Shown here: positions 24,588 through 32,009 of the stretch, piece after piece
Numbering within the stretch: position 1 is the first letter of the stretch
Layout of the letters: every line of letters begins with the position of its first letter
Assembly: GCA_008636045.1 (NCBI GenBank)
Contig: SNRW01000072.1
Location: forward strand, 1-32,009
Direction: 5' to 3'
Origin: Streblomastix strix
Taxonomy: Eukaryota
Length of the DNA: 32,009 nucleotides
Notes under the pieces: generated by a model
Databases searched by the model: none
Seen by the model: the letters and a program-made list of their open reading frames with translations, nothing else
What the model was told of the DNA's origin: nothing
Made by a program: the position numbers and the translations under genes

Positions 24588-27500
24588 ATGGCCTCGTTTT
24601 CTATTGATGAAACTTTGTTGCAATAAATACTTACATAGATTGAACGTGCTTCCACTCCAGATACTTCAGTTCAATAATTTGTTATGAAGGTTTCTTTAAT
24701 AATTTTATTTCAACATATTTTATTAATTTTATATTTATTCTGTTAACTTGAATGGTTTACATAGTATTTTGAAGAATAGAAAATAAATCCATTTTTTCCT
24801 ATTTATTTGTGTTTTATCATATTTGACTGTCGTCTTCCTGTTGATCATCGAAAATTTGCTGATACTCAACTAAAGAATATAATTGGCACCAAATATTTTA
24901 ATGAGGAGGTGCGATAATACTGTTTATCAAAATTGTTTGATGCAATAGAAAATGAGAATTAATTTACTAGATAATTGGCTGGAAGATTAATTGGTGATTT
25001 TTTTAATTCATCAAGTATGCATAAAACTAATTATTTTAAATGTTTTAATCATTATATTAACTGATAATGCAAGATAATGAAGAGTAAGCAATCATACTTA
25101 ATTATTTAAAGGATCGTATATTTAATGATAATTTAATTATCTTAGAAAGTTGCCTCTATTCTTTATCATATGGATTGGATATTTGTTTTTCCTTAAAGGA
25201 TTCAGAGCTTTAAGAATAAATAATTTTGACTTTCCTTCCTTGACTTATCATTATCGCTCAATAAGCAAATTATAATTTTGAAATAAGATATTTTGCTTTA
25301 GAGATTATTAAAATATTTATTAACGATTTAAAACCATCTCTTATATTAATGGTTTAAGATATTATTACTGTTTGCTATTTATTTTAATATTTATAATGTC
25401 TTTAATTGATATATTTTTGAAGATGCTTCTCGGAATTGAACTAAATGACCAGTCTAATATTAAATTTCATATTTAAATAGTATAGTGTTTTGAAGGGTTA
25501 ATAAAAGAGTATAAAATTTCTCAATTTCAGGAAATAATATCAAAATATTCAACATAAATATTAACATATATTATTGGATTAATGCAGCAACACACTCATA
25601 TTACAATTCCTTCTTCTTAGTCATCTTCAATCACATTTCAAACATCTTCATCAAATTAGTATTCAGATGCAAAATAAGAAGATGATCTACTTAAATATAC
25701 ATGTAGCTTTTGTTCAAATCTTTTAATTCATAAATCTATAACTAATAGCGTTCAATATAAAAATGTCATTAAAACGATTATTCCAATTATAATTCTTAAT
25801 ATGCGGTTGAATAGAGGAGAAATTGAAGATATTTAATCTTCAGATGAATTTATAGAAGAATGGATATTAGAAACAGAAAGTGGAATTCATAAATCTAAAT
25901 TTGAATAAGAAATATCTCTTATTGAAGGAAATGATGAAGAAAGTCATTTATTTGATGAATATTCTGAAGATGTGACATTTGATGTTATGAATATGGGAGA
26001 ATGGACACTTAGAAATGCTGCTTGTGAAATATTGAGAGATGGAATATTATATTGTAGAAAAACATGGGCAGATTCTCTTATTACTACTTTGGGGTAGATT
26101 ATGGTTCAAATTATAATATATAAATTAAATTAAATTATAATATAATATAATATAATATAATATATCATTTATTATTCTGAATATTTGCACATATTCATAT
26201 TAAGACTCAAACGCAGCATCTAATTAATGAAAGCAGTTAGAATAGCTCAGAATTATTAACATCTGGTGAAGATTCAAATAACGATTGGTTTTTAGTTGAA
26301 GCAGCCATTCTTGCATTTGGTATATGTTTCAGTAAATGTGTTAAATACATCTAAAATGAGCATATTTCTGTTATTGTGAACTGGATTATACAAATTGGGG
26401 AACAATCCTCAAATATTTTCCTCAAACATCGTTCAATATGGATTTTGGGGCGTCTTTCATCCTGGTTATGTCCCCAATAATCTTAAAAACAAGGAAATAT
26501 TGATGAATAAACTTTATTATTTGATAAGATTAATATATTTGATTAACATGAAAAAAGATATGATTAAAGTGAAATTGAATTATTAACAGATAGTATAAAT
26601 TAAGAAGAAGAAGAAAACGATGAATTTGATGATGAATTTAGTGAAGATGATGATGAAGAAAGGCCTTTACATAAAATAATGCTACATTCTTAATCTAATG
26701 AACATGTTTAAAAAGCAATAAATTTATTGGTTATTGGAATGTAGGACAAATGCAGGAAAGTTTATGAATTACATTTATTTATATTTGTATTTAATATTAT
26801 TATTTGTTTATTTTCATGATACTTTATATTAATAGATTTAGCGTCAATCATGCTATTCTCTTTAAAAGATAGTACACAATTATAGGAAAGGAATTTAACC
26901 CATAACACAACCTCTAATTGCACAAATAGTATCTCTTATTCCTCATTATGGCACTCGTTCACTTGAAAGCCTGTTTGAATTATTGGATGAAATTATTATT
27001 CAATCTCCAGACACTTTTGCAGAAGATCAATCTGCATTCGGAAGAATGCTTTAACTTGCATTAGAAACTATGATCTTCAGCACATAAAAGAAAAATGGTA
27101 TTAACAAAAGCAAACTTTCAATAAATGTTGCCAATTTCATTAGTACTCTTATTGAAAATGTTAATTTCATTGAAGTCTCTGCTGCAGAAAATGCAGCCAA
27201 TATTCTTATTATTTTTATCTAAATTCATTTGTAGAGATTAAATTTGCTTGAATCTTAATCAGAGATGCATTTTGGAAGATTAAATGATGATTTAGATGAT
27301 TTAAACACTTTTGAGATGAGTGATACAATTGCTGCTCCAATAATTACACTCGATCATATTGTAGTTAAATGTAAAATATCGGTTATTTCAATCTTGCATA
27401 ATACTTAATTTATTTATAAAGTCCTTGTTCCATGTCTTCAACATAATAATAATCATGTTTTATGTGAATTATTTATTCTTATTGGTGATATTGCAAAAAT

Positions 27501-28398
27501 CATACCTCAACTATTTTTTGCAGTTAATGACAGTCAAACTTAAGCAATATCTTTAAATAATGACAAAGGAATCCAAATATGTATGGAATTAATTCAAGAA
27601 ATGATTAAACACATTTCTCCATAAAATGAAAGAAAGAAATCTGAAAGTGCGATATGGGCAATTGGACGACTTATTCTTATTGGGAAGGATCGTGCTATTC
27701 CAAATCCTGAAGATAGATAATCTCTCCTTGAACTATTATTGCCCCTATACAATCTAGATATTCATACTCCTCCTAATTATATCCAAAACTAATAATCCAT
27801 TTCTAATACATAGGATCATTTATTAAGATTTGGAGGACATGCAGAGAAAGATCCTAATATTATCTCATTTCTTGTAAATGTTTCTGAGATACTTTGTATA
27901 TTAACCATCTTCTTTACAGTTGAAACTGTTTAATTTGTTTCAAATTACTAATTAGAATTGGATAACTAAGATATTAATACATTTAATTCTTCTCAAACAA
28001 TGATTAAAGATTCATAAGGATCTGATTAGAAGATTTCCAAGAGGATCAAACGAGTAAATTAAACTCGACCTTCCTGCATAAAACTTTGGCTTGACTATTT
28101 ATCTGCATTAGAAGACAATGAGTCTGATAACAATGAAAAGAATATTGCCTTCCGTGGATTATGTTTATCTGTAAAATAATTCCCTTAGATATTTATGCCC
28201 TACTTGTATTCACTTATCAGTGCTATTGGATCATATAAAATCAATCCATAGGATGATTCTGAACTTACTGCAGATATAAAATTGATTTTACTCAATTTTT
28301 AAGCTTAGTTCAAACCATAAGAATGGGAATTATTCTATTCTTTCGTATCTGGGAATATTTAATATAGATTAAAATCATTTTTTGATTTTGGAAAGTGA
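24588..28398 (+). CDS. TNPO1: Transportin-1 / importin beta-2 (Kap104) homolog, ~1148 aa
   Basis: Exons 24588-24689, 24765-25014, 25074-25369, 25423-26103, 26205-26759, 26836-28398 (3447 nt). Colinear motifs: LQQILTQIERASTPDTSVQ, GEWTLRNAA, DWFLVEAAILAFG, SIWILGRLSSW, AIWAIGRL, DNNEKNIAFRGLC, and the C-terminal EWELF..IQYRLKSFFDFGK*. In-frame TGA at 25241. Confidence 0.9.
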
Positions 28399-28634
28399 AT
28401 ATCTACTCTTCAATGGATCATAAACTTTCATCTTCATAATTAATTTACTTGCATATTCAATTCTTTTATTTAATAATGTTAAAATAATAAATTATCTTTA
28501 ATGTGATATATGCACTCGATCTAATATAGTAAGTATAAAAATGTGGAAGATAGAGATCTCATGGTTGAAAAGGGGGGGAAATACCGCTCAATGTATTTAT
28601 AAATGTTAATAAAATTAATATATTATAAAAATAC

Positions 28635-28757
28635 TTATCATTTATCCTCGAATTGCAGGGGTTGCTTACAACTTTTTTCATTAGGCCCCATAGCAGCTGT
28701 CCGTACGATTTTACGTCGTTTTCCCGTGCTCGCTGAACTGCCCAAGGATAATGATAA
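28635..28757. ncRNA. Candidate structured small RNA or cis-element (unidentified)
   Basis: GC-enriched ~123-nt island with a closing stem (28635-28648/28745-28757, one bulge) and two internal hairpin arms. Confidence 0.3.
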
Positions 28758-28921
28758 AACTTATTGTTTCAAAATTCACTAAAAACATTTTGAAAATTGG
28801 TTCATTTATCCATACAGACCCCAAAAACGGCTTTTATTTCTTGAAAACAATAAAAACCTATTTTTATTTTAACTGCTCTTTCAAACGACTTATTTAATAT
28901 TTTTTTCTATTCTTAGATATC

Positions 28922-30093
28922 ATGCCTGCTAAGAAAGCAGAGAAAGTTGATCCGAAGAAGACAGAGACGAAGGACACAAAGAAAGAAGAGAAGAAGGTTG
29001 AAACGAAGAAGGTTAAGGCTGAAGATAAAAAAGTGGAGACAAAAGATGAAAAGAAATAGGAGCCAAAGAAATAAGAGCCAAAGAAACAAGAACCAAAGAA
29101 GTAAGAGCCAAAGAAAGAGGCCAAAAAAGCTGAAAAACCAAAAAAACCCGAATAAGCAGATACAAAGAAGACCGAAACTAAGAAGACTGAAACAAAGAAA
29201 GAAAAAGTTGATGCTAAGAAACCTGAAGTTAAGAAAGAAAAGGTTGATACAAAGGCAACTGACAAAAAGGCTACAGATAAGAAGCCTGCAGATAAGAAGA
29301 CTGTTGACAAGAAGACTACCGATAAGAAAGAAACTGATAAGAAGGCAACTGACAAGAAGGCAACCGATAAGAAGCCTGCTGACAAGAAAGAAACTGATAA
29401 GAAGGCCACTGATAAGAAGGTAGTAGACAAATAAGATACAAAGAAAGGTACTAAGACAGATGAAAAGAAGGATAATAAGGCAAATGTAACAAAAGGAGGG
29501 AAATAAGACGATAAAAAGATTGAAAAGGATGATTAGAAGAAATAAGATGCAAAGAAAGTAGATAAATTAGAGACTAAGAAAGTAGTAAAGGAAGCAAATA
29601 AAGTAGTTGTGAAACCTGGATAGAAGAAAGTTAAGAAATTGAATAAATATGAAACAAACAGAAAACGTCTCCACGAATTGAAGAAGATACGATATAATAA
29701 ATATGCAATTGCATGTCACGCTCAGGCAAAGGATAATATTATGCAACCACAGAAACTTGTATTATTATTATTATTATTAGTTCACTATTCATATATATAC
29801 TATTATTATATATTGATTATTCTTAGGAGTAATATCTGCGACAGAAGATCAAAATAGCAGGAAAGACTCATAGTTTAGCAAAACATGTCAAGACGAAGGT
29901 TAAGAAGGACAAAGTGATTGTACTTGCACGTGATCCCTTCCAGAAGAGGTACTTGAAGTATCTGACAAAGCGCTTCCTGAAGAAGAATGCCCTCAGAGAT
30001 TGGATACGTGTTATTTCTAATGGAAAACATGGATATAGACTCGTCTACTACAAGATTGAACAGGAAGATGAAAATGCTGAGGCTGAATCTTGA
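28922..30093 (+). CDS. RPL22: 60S ribosomal protein eL22 with a ~250-aa Lys/Glu/Asp-rich N-terminal extension, ~367 aa
   Basis: Exons 28922-29758 and 29827-30093. The core KYAIACHAQAKDNIM..EQYLRQKIKIAGK..PFQKRYLKYLTKRFLKKNALRDWIRVIS..YRLVYYKI is unmistakably eL22. Stop TGA at 30091-30093. Confidence 0.95.
29051..29440 (+). repeat. Coding 15-bp tandem repeats: (KKQEP)x4 at 29051-29110 and (DKKxx)x13 at 29246-29440
   Basis: Directly visible pentapeptide repeats in the eL22 extension. Confidence 0.9.
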
Positions 30094-30209
30094 GTTTAAA
30101 TGTGAACCGTTCTAATAGATCGTTACGATGCTATAAGATCCATTTTTCATTTTTATTTTATTTACGAAGTGAAAAGATTAAAAATGTGCCAAATTATCCT
30201 AATTTACCA

Positions 30210-31663
30210 TCAATTATAATATCTTTAGACTGCAACTTCGTAGTTTCCATTTTCTCTGATGATCAGTGGAATGATCTGAATTATTGATATTGAATTTCAT
30301 ATTTGAATGAATATGAGTTCAAAATGAATATTTTTTATTATTATTAAAAAATATATTAATATAAATTCAAACCTTAGATTCATCTAATCCCATCTAAAGA
30401 GCGCTGTTGAGAGCATCCATACAATTCTAGACTTTATTCTTGTCAACCAATTCGCGAAAGAAGTGATCCCTATAATATTCAGAATATTGCTGAATTCGAG
30501 GATGGAGTGACCCTTAACTTTTATTTATTGGCTAATTGTATATTCCCCCAGGTTGAGAATAAGGAGGTTTCTGAGATATGGACATGTAGGGTGGTTGTGT
30601 TCCTGTAGAAGGGACTGCATTAAATGTTATTGGATCTGTATTATATGGTCTTCCATATCCAACAACTGGACCTTATTATATGTATGGTACCTATTACTGC
30701 ATATATGGGTATTGTATATTACTTTGAGGTATATTCTGTATGACTGGACGCTGTTCAAGTAGATATTTACGAACTATAACCTTCTTATTCATTCTATCAT
30801 CCCATCTCTTCTTAATTTAGACTGAAAGATCCTTCTTCTCAATTTCAAATAGAATTGATGAGTAATATGCAGATGGTTATTACATTGTATATGGATGTGC
30901 TTCTTATATAACTATATTTCTCTCAGGCAATGATAATCTCTCTAAAATATTCTTATTAACTGGTTTAGGAGGAGGAGTTATTGAAGGTTTTTATGGAATA
31001 GATAATTAATTTCCTCCAATTGGTACAGTTGGAGAATAAATAGAAGGTAATTATGGATTAATATATGGAGGAGGATTTAGAGATGGTTATAAATATGGAG
31101 GAAGATTATTAATTGGATATTTCTATTAATTAGAGATAACTGGATATGGACTGAATATTCCATCTTATGCTCCTATTATAGGAATTACTTAATTTGGATT
31201 CTTTGATTGATCATTCTATGCAGGTTATCCAGGTCTTGCTGTTCCATCTATATATGATAAGATCTTTTATACTAAAATAATAATAATTATTATTAATATT
31301 AATAATTATAATTCAAACATATGTTAATATCTTCTCTATGAATAGTTAAACTAAAATGATTTCCATCCTTTGTGTCAATAAAAAGTGATTTGTCTTCAAT
31401 TTTTGCTTCTTTCACAGAAAACCTTCTCATGATTCTAGATTCATCATTTGGCTTGGTAAATCTCATTTCAACATTACCATTGTTAATAATCACTTATATT
31501 TTCACTTGGTCGTTGTTAATTATAACTATTTAATAAGTAATATCAAAAAGTTATTGGATGAAAATGCAAATTTACAGAAAAATGTTGCCATACTCTGTTT
31601 AAATACTCCTTTGAGCTGCAGTTGCTGTAATGTAACCACATGCTTCTCGGTATATACTTGCAT
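30210..31663 (-). CDS. Hypothetical protein with an N-terminal beta-rich domain, Pro/Gln/Tyr-rich linker and C-terminal UBA-like domain, ~413 aa
   Basis: Exons 31663-31594, 31525-31319, 31271-30373, 30275-30210 (1242 nt, three GT-AG introns, phases consistent). The C-terminus ALQMGLDESKIIPLIIRENGNYEVAVQRYYN* fits the UBA pattern (MG-phi loop, NGN..AV). The 5' exon is the least certain. Confidence 0.7.
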
Positions 31664-32009
31664 GACAAATATAATTTCTCTAAGGCTTATAGTTTAATAA
31701 ATAATATTAAAAATTGTATTATAAAAATTAAAAATTTGTCAGTTGCAATATAGGATAGGTTAATTTTTGTATGCGGATGCGTTATTTATTTATTTATTAT
31801 TAATTATTGCTGATATTTGAAATAGTGAGCAATTAAATTAGCATTTCAATGCGAATGAATTAGAATTTATGTGAATTGAAAAAAGTGGATTCATTTAGTG
31901 TATATGAAATATTGTATAAAATAATTATCTCTATAAGAGCAGTAATGATGTTCAATACATGATTTATAGATTAGAAACAAAGCGGAAATTGTATTGCAGT
32001 GACGGGAAA

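Noticed and set aside
25185..25265. Possible 81-nt GT-AG intron that would remove the TGA at 25241
   Set aside because: It would delete a HEAT helix that aligns with transportin LNIMIPKFLQF. RNA-seq is needed for final exclusion.
28631..28660. U1 snRNA (ATACTTA.., ATTGCA) or SECIS interpretation of the structured island
   Set aside because: No ACTTACCT 5' end, no 70K loop and no Sm site. No AUGA/GA quartet positioned as in a SECIS.
28894..29430. 178-aa minus-strand and 158-aa plus-strand ORFs in the track
   Set aside because: Antisense and off-frame shadows of the repetitive eL22 extension.

Overview
AT-rich eukaryotic (protist) nuclear DNA with a non-standard genetic code, so the supplied standard-code ORF track is mostly fragments and antisense artefacts. 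Reading TAA/TAG as Gln and removing 15 short GT-AG introns (47-101 nt) gives five long genes. These are a Mon2-like HEAT/ARM trafficking protein (+, ~3443 aa), a TmcB/TmcC-like multi-pass membrane protein (-, ~3040 aa), transportin-1/importin-beta2 (+, ~1148 aa), ribosomal protein eL22 with a long Lys-rich N-terminal extension (+, ~367 aa) and a Pro/Gln-rich protein with a C-terminal UBA-like domain (-, ~413 aa). All five end in TGA, yet the three large genes also carry five internal in-frame TGA codons with the homologous frame continuing intact. This suggests a dual-meaning UGA on top of UAR=Gln. The left end holds a decayed DIRS-like tyrosine-recombinase retroelement followed by an exactly 101-bp-periodic array of three hairpin repeats. 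A ~725-bp ORF-bearing repeat occurs twice, and there is a candidate structured ncRNA upstream of eL22. The code, intron style and gene families suggest an oxymonad such as Streblomastix (inference only). All translations and alignments were done by eye against remembered family motifs; no searches were run.
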